Program-made: the position numbers and the translations under genes
In this document: positions 37,553-46,630 of the stretch, piece by piece
Layout of the letters: every line of letters begins with the position of its first letter
Numbering within the stretch: position 1 is the first letter of the stretch
From: Betaproteobacteria bacterium
GTDB lineage: Bacteria; Pseudomonadota; Gammaproteobacteria; Burkholderiales; Burkholderiaceae_C
Assembly: GCA_031411215.1 (NCBI GenBank)
Contig: JANOAM010000067.1
Span: forward strand, 708-64,707
Direction of reading: 5' to 3'
DNA length: 64,000 bases
The notes under the pieces: generated by a model
Seen by the model: the letters and a program-made list of their open reading frames with translations, nothing else
What the model was told of the DNA's origin: nothing
The model's database searches: none

Positions 37553-38896
37553 ATGAATGCCCTTGCCCGAGCCATGTCGCTGAACGACCTGGTCAACCGC
37601 CGCCGCCTGGGACTGTTGACCCGCTTTGCGTCCACGCAGATGGCCGTACAGGCCATCGGCTTCCTGGCCGGCGTCGTGGTGGTGCGGTCCATGGAGCCGA
37701 CGCAGTACGGCTACTACACGCTGGCGCTCAGCATGGCGGGTGTGGCGGCTGTGCTGGGTGAACTCGGTCTGGCCAGCGCCGTGCTGGCCCTGGGAGGGCG
37801 GCTGTTGTCGGGCCCGCCTGGCGCGATGGGCATGGCGGCAGCGCAGCCCGCCGCCATGGGACGCCTGGTGGCGGACGCGGAGGCCCTGCGCCGGCGGCTC
37901 GCCGTGTTGCCGGTGCTCGTCGTGGTGCCGGCATGCGCCACCTTGCTGCTGTGGCAACAGGCAGAGATGTGGCAGGTCGCCGCCTTGACAGCGCTCGTTC
38001 TTGCGACGGCGGCTGTCCAGGTCCGGGGCAGCGTGGTGCTGTCCGTGACCCGGCTGCTGGGCCGGGTCACGATGCAACAGAAGCTGGACCTGAGCATCAG
38101 TCTGGGCAAGTTGCTGGCCCTTGCACTGGCCGCCAACCTGGCGCTGGATGCCACGCTGGCCTGCGTGGTCAATCTGGGTGGCGCCGCCGTGGCCCTGTTC
38201 CTGATGTTGCGCGCCGTGGCGCCGGACGCCCAGCAGCCTATCGTGGCCACCGGAGAGTACCGCAGCGCCCTGTGGCAACAGGTGCTTCGGCAGGCGCCCA
38301 ACTCCATCTATTACGTGCTCAGCAGTCAGGTCGCTGTGTGGCTGATCGGCATCTTTGGCAGCACCCAGCACGTCGCCGAAGTGGGTGCCCTGGGCCGGCT
38401 GTCGGCCTTGTTCGCGGTCATCGGCTCGGTGACCGCTGCGCTGGTCCTGCCCTACTTCGCCCGTCGCAAGGCCGGGGCCGAGTTGACGCGCGGCCTGATC
38501 CTCACCAACGCCTTCTTCGCGCTGTTGCTGGTGTTGCTGCTGACCTTGGGTTGGCTGGCACCGAATGCGCTGCTGTGGGTGCTGGGCGGCCACTACGGGG
38601 GCCTGCAGGCCGAGCTGAACTGGATGCTGGCCGCTGGCGCCTTGGCGGCCTGGGGCGGCACGCTCTACAGCGTGGGCTGCTCACTCGGGTGGGTGATGCC
38701 CTTCTGGCTGAACGCACCCGCGGGACTGGCGGCCACGGTGCTGGCCGCGCTGCTCGTCGACGTGACCACTGTGCGCGGCAGTTTCATCATCAACAGCGTC
38801 ACCGCCCTGGCCGGCTTGCTGGCTTCTGCCGGCTACCTGGCCTGGAAATTCCGACGGCCAGCAAGCGCCGTCCAAGCCGCAAACGAAACGCCATGA
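37553..38896 (+). CDS. Wzx-like polysaccharide flippase
   Basis: About 12 TM segments, N-terminal VVRSMEPTQYGYYTLA...ELGL pattern, operon context. Confidence 0.78.
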   Translation: MNALARAMSLNDLVNRRRLGLLTRFASTQMAVQAIGFLAGVVVVRSMEPTQYGYYTLALSMAGVAAVLGELGLASAVLALGGRLLSGPPGAMGMAAAQPAAMGRLVADAEALRRRLAVLPVLVVVPACATLLLWQQAEMWQVAALTALVLATAAVQVRGSVVLSVTRLLGRVTMQQKLDLSISLGKLLALALAANLALDATLACVVNLGGAAVALFLMLRAVAPDAQQPIVATGEYRSALWQQVLRQAPNSIYYVLSSQVAVWLIGIFGSTQHVAEVGALGRLSALFAVIGSVTAALVLPYFARRKAGAELTRGLILTNAFFALLLVLLLTLGWLAPNALLWVLGGHYGGLQAELNWMLAAGALAAWGGTLYSVGCSLGWVMPFWLNAPAGLAATVLAALLVDVTTVRGSFIINSVTALAGLLASAGYLAWKFRRPASAVQAANETP

Positions 38897-39780
38897 ACCG
38901 TATTGACATCGTCATTCCCTGCGCCGGTCGTGTGCACGACTTGCTTCAATTGCTGCAGTCCCTGCACGAGTCCTGCGCCGTGTCACTGTCCAACCGCTGC
39001 GCGTCCATCACCGTCACGGACGATCGTCACACGGCAGCCCTTGACGAACGGCTGTCCCAGGCATTCCCCGGCGTGCGCTACGTGGCCGGCCCCGCGCGCG
39101 GGCCGGCCGTCAACCGCAACAACGGCGCCCGCCAAGGGCAGGCCGAATGGATCCTGTTCCTGGACGATGACTGCTACCTTCAGACCGACTTGTTGCAGGC
39201 CTACCTGCAGAAGTTGGCGGCGTCCCCACAGGCCGATGTACTGGAAGGCGCCATCCACGCAGTAGGCCCACGACCCAATGGCAACCACCATGCGCCCCTG
39301 AACACCACAGGCGGCGCGCTGTGGTCTTGCAACATCATGGTCCGGCGCAGCGTCTTCGAGGCAGTGCAGGGATTCGATGAGGATTTCCCTTTCGCCTGCA
39401 TGGAAGACTGCGACCTGCGCGAAAGGCTCGCGGCGCATCCCGCCACCCTGGTGTTCGCAGAGCGTGCCGTTGTCTTCCATCCTTGGCGCAGCATCTCCGA
39501 GCGCGAAGTCACTCGCCAGATTATTTCGCACGCCATCTACGCTCACAAGCACCCGGCGTTTGTAAGTGGGTGGAGTCTGCTTCACTTGTTACGCACCTTG
39601 CGTGGTCGTATGCGGCTCTATGCCAGCGGCAGCTTTGCATCGATTCCCTTGAACAAGTACCGCACAGTTGCCTACGACTTTTTCGCCCCGCTGGCCGTTT
39701 TCGCCGTCATCAGGCTTGCGCCCTTGCGGCGGGCACTGTGGAACCGCTACCGCAATTTTGGGCCTGCGGCGGTTCGATGA
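38893..39780 (+). CDS. Glycosyltransferase family 2
   Basis: ATG 38893 (ATGA overlap). IVIP, VTDD, GPAVNRNNGA, ILFLDDD, GFDEDF..MEDCDL. Confidence 0.9.
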   Translation: MNRIDIVIPCAGRVHDLLQLLQSLHESCAVSLSNRCASITVTDDRHTAALDERLSQAFPGVRYVAGPARGPAVNRNNGARQGQAEWILFLDDDCYLQTDLLQAYLQKLAASPQADVLEGAIHAVGPRPNGNHHAPLNTTGGALWSCNIMVRRSVFEAVQGFDEDFPFACMEDCDLRERLAAHPATLVFAERAVVFHPWRSISEREVTRQIISHAIYAHKHPAFVSGWSLLHLLRTLRGRMRLYASGSFASIPLNKYRTVAYDFFAPLAVFAVIRLAPLRRALWNRYRNFGPAAVR

Positions 39781-39823
39781 GCACGGGTCTCGGCGGTCGA
39801 ACCATCTCTCGTGACTGGCCCTT

Positions 39824-41041
39824 GTGAACCTTGTCCTCTTCACCCACCCGGCCTTCCTGGGCTTGCGCAGCCAGGGCCACTTTGCGCGGCTTCTGGCAGA
39901 CGCCTATCGGGCCCGCGGCCACACGGTGTCCATGCGCCAACCCGACGGCTGGCTGCACGGGCGCTGGCCGCATCGCAGCAGTGCCAAGTGGGCGGGCTAT
40001 GTGGACCAGTACCTGCGATTCCCGAGGCAGATGCGGGCTGCGATGCAGCAAGACCCGGTGGACACGCTGTATGTGTTTTGCGACCAGGCCCTTGGTCCCT
40101 GGGTGCCCGTTGCCGCGCACCGACCGCATGTGGTGCACTGCCACGACCTGCTCGCTCTGCAATCGGCCTTGGGCGAGATCCCTGAGAACCCCACATCGTT
40201 CACCGGCAAGGTCTACCAGCGCTACATCCAGCAAGGGTTCCGTCAGGCCCGTCACTTCATCTCGATCTCCCAGAAGACGCGGGCCGACCTGCATCACTTC
40301 GGCGGTGTCCGCCCACGCACCTCCGAGGTGGTCTACAACGGGCTCAACCATCCTTACCAGCGGCTGGATGCCAGCGCCGCCAGTCACGTGCTTCAACGGG
40401 CAGGCCTGCAGGTCCCGACTGGCGGCTACCTGATGCATGTGGGCGCGGGCCAGTGGTACAAAAACACGCCCGGCGTCGTTGCGCTGTATGCGGCCTACGT
40501 GCAGGCCCAGGTGGATGAGGGCCTCGATCCGCTGCCGCTGTGGATGCTGAGCCCCAGCCCCAAACCCGCGGTGCAAGAAGCCTTGGCGCGTGTGCCGGCA
40601 GCGGGCCACGTGCAGTTCCTGCCGCCTTTGAACCCGGATGCATTGCAGGCTGCCTACAGCTTGGCCCATGTGCTGTTGTTCCCCAGCCTGGCCGAAGGTT
40701 TTGGCTGGCCCATCGTCGAAGCCATGGCTTGTGGTTGCCCCGTCATCACCACCGGCGAGGCGCCCATGAACGAGGTGGGCGGCGGTGCCGCGGTCTACTT
40801 GAGCCGGCTGCAACACGGCGCGAATCTGGCGGACTGGGCGCAAACGGGGGCCCAGGCGATGTTGCAGTTGCTGCGCAGCCCGCAGGACGTGCGCCGGCAA
40901 AGGGCCGAGGCCGGCATGGCCTGGGCTCGGCGTTTTGGTGCCGACGAAGCCATCGACCGTTACCTGGACATCTACAGCCGCGTGCTTGTGTCGGAGGCCG
41001 CCGCGAGGCCTGCCTGGGCCAACGCCAACGGTCTCGCCTGA
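39824..41041 (+). CDS. Glycosyltransferase family 4
   Basis: HCHDLLA, VYNGLN, HVGAGQWYKN, FPSLAEGFGWPIVEAMACG. Confidence 0.9.
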   Translation: MNLVLFTHPAFLGLRSQGHFARLLADAYRARGHTVSMRQPDGWLHGRWPHRSSAKWAGYVDQYLRFPRQMRAAMQQDPVDTLYVFCDQALGPWVPVAAHRPHVVHCHDLLALQSALGEIPENPTSFTGKVYQRYIQQGFRQARHFISISQKTRADLHHFGGVRPRTSEVVYNGLNHPYQRLDASAASHVLQRAGLQVPTGGYLMHVGAGQWYKNTPGVVALYAAYVQAQVDEGLDPLPLWMLSPSPKPAVQEALARVPAAGHVQFLPPLNPDALQAAYSLAHVLLFPSLAEGFGWPIVEAMACGCPVITTGEAPMNEVGGGAAVYLSRLQHGANLADWAQTGAQAMLQLLRSPQDVRRQRAEAGMAWARRFGADEAIDRYLDIYSRVLVSEAAARPAWANANGLA

Positions 41042-41066
41042 CATCGCAGCAAGTGCCCACCACACC

Positions 41067-42557
41067 ATGAACAAGTCCACCGGCCAGCTCATGCATCAGC
41101 TGCTTTCGGAAGGTGCCGATGCGGCCCCGTTGTCCGGCCGCCGACGGGCCCTGAAGCGCATTGCCGCGTTGACTGCCTTGTCAGGGCTCAGCCTGGTGCT
41201 GCCTGGCTGCAGCGACGGTGGGGCTTCGCCAGCGCCGGGTGTCGCCACACCGCCGCCACAACCACCGACGCCACTGAGTCGGCTGAAGGCCGCACTGTTG
41301 AGGCCTACGCTGGCCGTCAGCACCACCACGATCACCGTCACCCAGGGCAGCGGCAACAACCCGCAGTCCACGCTGGGCAGCGGTGTGCAGATCGTTCCGC
41401 CACTGAACAACACGGGTGCACTCACGCTGGCAACGGTGCCGCAGGTGTGGGGCTTTCGGCGTGACCGCTGGACAGTGCCTGCTGCTGGGGCGGCCACGAT
41501 CGCAGGCTTCAATGTGTTCCCGGTCACGCGCAACCACCCTTCGGCCACCGCGGGCAGCGTGGGTGTCTGCGGGCTGCACTTCCTGATGGACGGCCGTGCC
41601 TTCGAAGTGCTCTTTGCTGGTGCCGACACCAGTTTCACCTTGGTGATCGATGGGCACTACGCAACGCCAGACTTGATCGCGACGACGCTGGCCAGTGGTG
41701 TCAAGGGCGCTTCGCTCGCGCAGCCCAACACGTTCGTCAAGGTGGACTTCGGATCCGCGGCAACCCGCAGGGTGTCGCTCTATGCCCGCAGCACGCAAGG
41801 CCCTTGTGCCGTTGCCGTGGCTGCGGGGGACACCTTGCGTGCTTGGGACCGCTCCGACGAGGCCTCCATGGGCGCTTTGGCCGACTCCTACGGCGGTGCC
41901 TTCGCGCCGCAGTGGGGCGTCAGCGGCCCGTTCCGGGAAGCCGCCGCGCAGTTGGGCATTCCACATGTTGACCTCGACGCGGTCGGTGGCACCGGCTATG
42001 CGCCGAACAGTGTTTTCAGCAATGCCGGCGATGCGTTCCCGGCTCGCTTGGCCAGCAACACGGACACCGTGCCCGACCTATTCATCACCGCCGGCGGCAT
42101 CAACGACAACAACGCCTTCGCGTTGCCGCCCTATGCCACTGCGGCGGCGGCGCGCGCCGGCTTCGACGCTGCTGTGTTGGCCCACTTCAACGCGCTGCGC
42201 GCGGCGTTGCCGCAATCGGTGCTGGTCGCGTTGGGACCCTGGGCACCCCGGCAGGTGTCACCCACCGATGCCATTGCCCAGTCCAAGGCGGACGCCATCC
42301 TGGCCGGCCTGCAGACCGCCGGCGGGCTTTGGGTCTTCCTCGACAACCTCAACGGCGGCTGGCGTGCCAGTTCAGGAGCGCGCGGCACGGGCGCCGGCCC
42401 GTGGCAGACCGGCACGGGTCGCGCTGGCGCGCCAGCTGGAGACGGCAACGGAGATCTCTACCTGGCGTCCGACGGTGTGCATCCAAACGCCGCCGGCTGC
42501 CTCTACCTGGGCACGCGCATCGCCGAGGACCTGCGAAGCGCGATCCAGTCCCTCTGA
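41067..42557 (+). CDS. SGNH/GDSL hydrolase, probable Tat-exported lipoprotein
   Basis: SGRRRALK twin-Arg-like motif, hydrophobic stretch, then LPGC. SGNH blocks ADSYG, GGTGY, GGINDN, DGVHP. Start 41067 or 41091. Confidence 0.78.
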   Translation: MNKSTGQLMHQLLSEGADAAPLSGRRRALKRIAALTALSGLSLVLPGCSDGGASPAPGVATPPPQPPTPLSRLKAALLRPTLAVSTTTITVTQGSGNNPQSTLGSGVQIVPPLNNTGALTLATVPQVWGFRRDRWTVPAAGAATIAGFNVFPVTRNHPSATAGSVGVCGLHFLMDGRAFEVLFAGADTSFTLVIDGHYATPDLIATTLASGVKGASLAQPNTFVKVDFGSAATRRVSLYARSTQGPCAVAVAAGDTLRAWDRSDEASMGALADSYGGAFAPQWGVSGPFREAAAQLGIPHVDLDAVGGTGYAPNSVFSNAGDAFPARLASNTDTVPDLFITAGGINDNNAFALPPYATAAAARAGFDAAVLAHFNALRAALPQSVLVALGPWAPRQVSPTDAIAQSKADAILAGLQTAGGLWVFLDNLNGGWRASSGARGTGAGPWQTGTGRAGAPAGDGNGDLYLASDGVHPNAAGCLYLGTRIAEDLRSAIQSL

Positions 42558-42597
42558 TGGCTGCCCTCGGAGCTCGCGGACAGGCTGGTGACGGCAC

Positions 42598-43671
42598 ATG
42601 AAGCTGCTTATCCAGCACCCCCATGCCGAGGGTGAGATCAGCGGCGTGCTGACATCCGTCAACGAACTCATGCCCGCGCTGGTCCGGTGCCAGGGAATTC
42701 GGCCGCGCCTGTTTTCGTCCAAACACGCCAGTTGGCGTTCGCAGTGGCAAGCCGCGCGCGAAAACGACGCGCTGATGCTGAATTCGAACTGCATGACCTT
42801 GTTGCTTTGCGCTCGCCTGTTGCGCCGGCCCACGTTGCTGAAGCTGCACTACCCGCAGTACCAGACGGTGCATTGGCGCTACGAGCCGATGTCCTTTGTG
42901 CGGCGCATCGGGACTGAGTTGGGGCACCTCTGGCGGCTCGATACCAGCACAAGCTACAGAGCGGCGTCGCTGGGCCGTCTGGCCATGCGCACGCTGGTGG
43001 CCCTGCTGGCGCGGCGCGTCTGCGCCTGCAGCGGCTTCAGCGCCGCGCAATCCTCGCTTCCGCGACCGGTGAGCGTGCTGCGAAACCCGCTGGCTGTGGT
43101 GCCAGACCAGGTCGCCCGCACATTGCAGGAGCTGCACCGGCCCTTGCGCTTTGTCTTCGTGGGCCGGCTGTCAGATGAGAAGGGCTGGGCAACCTTGCTC
43201 GATGCCAGCGCCAGACTCCGGTGCAGCGGGAGAGAGTTTGTGGTCGACATCATCGGCGACGGACCCGACCGCGAGCGCCTGCTGGCCGCTCTGGCCGTGG
43301 ACGACCTGGCCGCCAACGTACGCTGGCTGGGGCGCCGCAGCCCGGTTGAGGTGCAAAACGAGCTGGCCGGTGCGCTGGCCGCCGTGGTTCCTTCTCGGGT
43401 GCAGGAGCAAGCGGGCTATGTCGCGGTGGAGGCCGCCGCGCACCAGGTGGCATCCATCGTCTCGAACGCGGGCGGCTTGCCCGAGACTGCGGGCCCGGCC
43501 TGTCCCCGCTTCGAGATTGATGACGCCCAGGAGCTGATGCGTCGCATGGCGTCCTGGCTGGACGACCCCGAACAGGCGCTGGCAGCTGGCCGCGCCGCCT
43601 ACCTTCGTGCCTGCGAAGAATTCGCACCGGACCGTATCGCCAGCGAATTGCTGGAACTGCTGCGGCGCTAG
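42598..43671 (+). CDS. Glycosyltransferase family 4
   Basis: FVGRLSDEKG, IGDGP, PSRVQEQAGYVAVEAAA, GGLPE. Confidence 0.85.
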   Translation: MKLLIQHPHAEGEISGVLTSVNELMPALVRCQGIRPRLFSSKHASWRSQWQAARENDALMLNSNCMTLLLCARLLRRPTLLKLHYPQYQTVHWRYEPMSFVRRIGTELGHLWRLDTSTSYRAASLGRLAMRTLVALLARRVCACSGFSAAQSSLPRPVSVLRNPLAVVPDQVARTLQELHRPLRFVFVGRLSDEKGWATLLDASARLRCSGREFVVDIIGDGPDRERLLAALAVDDLAANVRWLGRRSPVEVQNELAGALAAVVPSRVQEQAGYVAVEAAAHQVASIVSNAGGLPETAGPACPRFEIDDAQELMRRMASWLDDPEQALAAGRAAYLRACEEFAPDRIASELLELLRR

Positions 43672-43697
43672 GAAGGAGTTGTGCCTCCAGGCCGCTT

Positions 43698-43731
43698 CAT
43701 TCACAGCGCTGTCAACCGTGACGAACAGAAT
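43698..43731 (+). promoter_or_regulatory. pho-box-like promoter
   Basis: CATTCAC-agcg-CTGTCAA-ccgtgacgaa-CAGAAT. Confidence 0.6.
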
Positions 43732-43760
43732 TTGTGACAACGTCCCCGACAGGCTGAAAA

Positions 43761-44537
43761 ATGAACAACGTGGCGCACAAGCTCCGCAACTCCGTCCAGA
43801 GAGAGGGACTCCTTTCAACGGTCTTCCGGATATTCAAATATCCGGCAAGGGCTTTGAAGCGGCGGCACTTTTCCAAGCGCATATTGAAGCTTCAATCGGC
43901 AGAGGAAAAATTCACCTGGATCTACAAGACCAACCACTGGAGCAGCGAGGAAAGCGCGAGCGGCTTGGGTTCGACACTGAAGTACACGGAAAACCTGCGC
44001 CGTGAGTTGCCCCAACTGCTGCGTCAATACTCTTTGGGAAAGGTATTTGATGCCCCGTGCGGAGACTTCAACTGGATGAAAGCCGTGGTCGATCAGACTG
44101 GGGTGGCGTACGTCGGCGGCGATATCGTGTTGCCCTTGATCGAGGCGCTCAACAAGAAGTACCCGAACCCGTCAAAGCAAGTCACCTTCGTCCATATCGA
44201 CTTGACCCGAGATGTGTTTCCTTCCGCAGACTTGATGATCTGTCGCGACTGCCTCTTCCACCTGTCTTTCAAGGACACCCGTTCGCTGCTTGGCAACTTC
44301 ATTCGCTCTGGCATTCCTTACTTGCTGACCACCACGCATGACAACGCCACTGGATTCAACAATTTCGACATCCAGACCGGTGGCTTCCGCATGATTGATT
44401 TGTTCGCGGCGCCCTATCACCTCCCCCGCGACGTGCTGGCCAGCATCGATGATTGGGTCGAGCCCGACCCCAAGCGCCAGATGTGCCTATGGAGCCGCGA
44501 GCAGGTTGCCGATGCACTCTCCCGGTCGGCTCTGTAG
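43761..44537 (+). CDS. Class I SAM-dependent methyltransferase-like protein
   Basis: IY..NHW...S.SGLGS, FDAPCGDFNWM, YVGGDIV, DLMICRDCLFHLS. Visibly AT-richer than its neighbours. Confidence 0.8.
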   Translation: MNNVAHKLRNSVQREGLLSTVFRIFKYPARALKRRHFSKRILKLQSAEEKFTWIYKTNHWSSEESASGLGSTLKYTENLRRELPQLLRQYSLGKVFDAPCGDFNWMKAVVDQTGVAYVGGDIVLPLIEALNKKYPNPSKQVTFVHIDLTRDVFPSADLMICRDCLFHLSFKDTRSLLGNFIRSGIPYLLTTTHDNATGFNNFDIQTGGFRMIDLFAAPYHLPRDVLASIDDWVEPDPKRQMCLWSREQVADALSRSAL

Positions 44538-44585
44538 TCCGGCCTGAACGCGACGGCGCCCGGGGACGAAAGGCCCAGCCAGCGG

Positions 44586-45545
44586 TCACTCGTTGTGCAG
44601 CTGTCCGGAGCGGAGTGCTTGCGCCAGCGCCTGCCCCACCGCACGTGAATGCGCGATCTGGCACTCCTCGTTCAAGTGGTACAGCGTGTCGTGGAAGCAT
44701 GAAAGCGGGTATTGCGAGCGGTTGGGCAGCTCGATGAAGCCCAGGCCATGGCGACGGTACAGCTGACGCAGACGCCCGATGCCCGCGTCGTCCAGGGCAA
44801 CATGGTCTGGGGTGGTCGGCAGGCCACCGAAGACGGTCACGCCACGCGCCTTCGCACGTGTCAGGAAATCGTCCAGCACGTCCAGCGCATAGGAATCGAC
44901 GGGCAGCGGACGGCGGTCGAAGCGGGTCTGGCGCAGAAACGCTTGGTAGGGCAGGCTGGCAGCGGCGGTGTGGCCCCGCTCGTCACCTTCGGGCGTGCTG
45001 AGTCCTGCCTGCCCGCCGCGGCGTTGCAAACCCGTGCGGGCCAAACCCATTTCCAGCAAGCCGTGGACCAGGAAGGGCAGATCGAAGCTGCTCATCACGC
45101 GCGTCATGCGCGGCAGCGGCAGTTGCCACAGCTGGTCACGCAATTCGTGCATCAGCGCCGCGTTCTGGGCCCCGCCGTCCATCTCTTCGCGCGAGACCTG
45201 GAATTGGCTGTACTCCAGCGGCAGGTACAGCACGTCGTCCGCTCCCAGCAGCGGTTCGAACTGCTCGAGCAGGAAGTCCAGGCCGATGCCCACCGCCATC
45301 GACAGGTTGGTGCAGGGCAGCCCGGTCGCTTCGGTGAAGCCGCTGCAGCGGTGGCTGTAGCGGCCGTTGCTGCCCGCAAAGACCAGCAGGCGCGGCCGTG
45401 GCAGCGACTGCGCATGCGCCGTCTTGCGTTGCAGGGTCTGCGCCATGTTCCCCATGGTCAGCGGGCGGTGCACCACCGAGAACACGGCCAGGTACAGCAG
45501 CAGCGAGGCCAGCAGCGCGGCGGCCAGGGTGAGCAACGGGCGCAT
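44586..45545 (-). CDS. Membrane-anchored SGNH-like (DltD/AlgJ/PatB-type) acyl-transfer partner
   Basis: Start ATG 45545, N-terminal TM, VFAGSNG, NLSM, LPLEY, C-terminal FHDTLYHLN (DxxxH). Confidence 0.6.
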   Translation of the reverse strand: MRPLLTLAAALLASLLLYLAVFSVVHRPLTMGNMAQTLQRKTAHAQSLPRPRLLVFAGSNGRYSHRCSGFTEATGLPCTNLSMAVGIGLDFLLEQFEPLLGADDVLYLPLEYSQFQVSREEMDGGAQNAALMHELRDQLWQLPLPRMTRVMSSFDLPFLVHGLLEMGLARTGLQRRGGQAGLSTPEGDERGHTAAASLPYQAFLRQTRFDRRPLPVDSYALDVLDDFLTRAKARGVTVFGGLPTTPDHVALDDAGIGRLRQLYRRHGLGFIELPNRSQYPLSCFHDTLYHLNEECQIAHSRAVGQALAQALRSGQLHNE

Positions 45546-45547
45546 GT

Positions 45548-46546
45548 TCAGTCGCGCTTGCGGAAAGCCAGCCACGCGGCCAGCACCGTGAAGGTGATGA
45601 TGATGCACACCACGACCAGAAAGCCGTGCTCGTTCTGGGCCATGGGGATGCCGCCTACGTTCATGCCGAACAACCCGGCCAGGATGTTGATGGGCAGGGC
45701 CAGCACCGTGACGATGGTCAGGGTGTGGATGCTGCGGTTGGTCTGCTCATTGAGTTGCGCGGCGATCTCTTCCTGCAGCAGCTTGATGCGCTCCTGCAGT
45801 TCCGACAGGTCGCGGATCACCAGGGTGAACTCCTCGGTCGCCTGGCGCAATTCCTCCAGGTCCTGCGGCGGCACCCAGGGTGGCGGCACACGCAGAAGAC
45901 GGAACAGCGGTCCCGGGTCCGGCGCCAGCAAGCGTTGCAGCCGTACCAGCACACGCCGCAGCTTGCCCAGCTCGGCGCGCTTGACGCTCATGCGGCCGGC
46001 CAGCAGCCCGTCTTCCACGGCATCCACACGCACCGTGGCTTCGCGCACGATGCGCACCAGCACATCACCCTGGTCGTGCAGCAGGTGGTTCAGAAAGGAC
46101 ACCGAAGAATTGAAGTGGCAGCCTTCCTTGACAGCCTGACGCAGGCGGTCGATGGACCGCAGCGGCCGCAGCCTGGCGGTGACCACCATGCGGCGGTCCA
46201 CGTTGAGCCACAGGGTCTCGATTTCAGACGGGTCGAAGCCGAACTCAAAGGCGACATCGTTGACCACCGCCACCAGGGTGTCGTTGGCATCCTCGATGCG
46301 CGTGGACCGCGAACCCTCGTGCAGCGCCTCGAAGAACTCCGGCACCACGGCCAGGTGTTCCCGGATCCAGCGCTCGGCGGCGGCGTCGGCCAGGTTGAAG
46401 TGCAGCCAAACGAAGCCGTCTGGGGCCGGGGCCCGCAGCCATGCCAGCGCCGCGTCCAGGTCCACAACCACCCCAGCCGCGTCGGCACCAAACAGGTATC
46501 CGCTGATCAAGCCGTTCTGGCCCGATCCATAGCGTGGTGGGTTCAA
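45548..46546 (-). CDS. CorA/ZntB-family divalent metal transporter
   Basis: FVWLHFNL, two C-terminal TMs with LPINILAGLFGMNVGGIP. Confidence 0.92.
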   Translation of the reverse strand: MNPPRYGSGQNGLISGYLFGADAAGVVVDLDAALAWLRAPAPDGFVWLHFNLADAAAERWIREHLAVVPEFFEALHEGSRSTRIEDANDTLVAVVNDVAFEFGFDPSEIETLWLNVDRRMVVTARLRPLRSIDRLRQAVKEGCHFNSSVSFLNHLLHDQGDVLVRIVREATVRVDAVEDGLLAGRMSVKRAELGKLRRVLVRLQRLLAPDPGPLFRLLRVPPPWVPPQDLEELRQATEEFTLVIRDLSELQERIKLLQEEIAAQLNEQTNRSIHTLTIVTVLALPINILAGLFGMNVGGIPMAQNEHGFLVVVCIIITFTVLAAWLAFRKRD

Positions 46547-46580
46547 GGACGGACCTTCAGCTGATGCACGGCAGCGGCGG

Positions 46581-46614
46581 ATGCTACAAGGCCCACACGG
46601 CCCGGATATGACAG
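46581..46614 (-). promoter_or_regulatory. pho-box-like promoter of the CorA/SGNH-like unit
   Basis: Minus strand CTGTCAT-atcc-GGGCCGT-gtgggccttg-TAGCAT. Confidence 0.55.
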
Positions 46615-46630
46615 CTTCTCAGTGGGCTTC

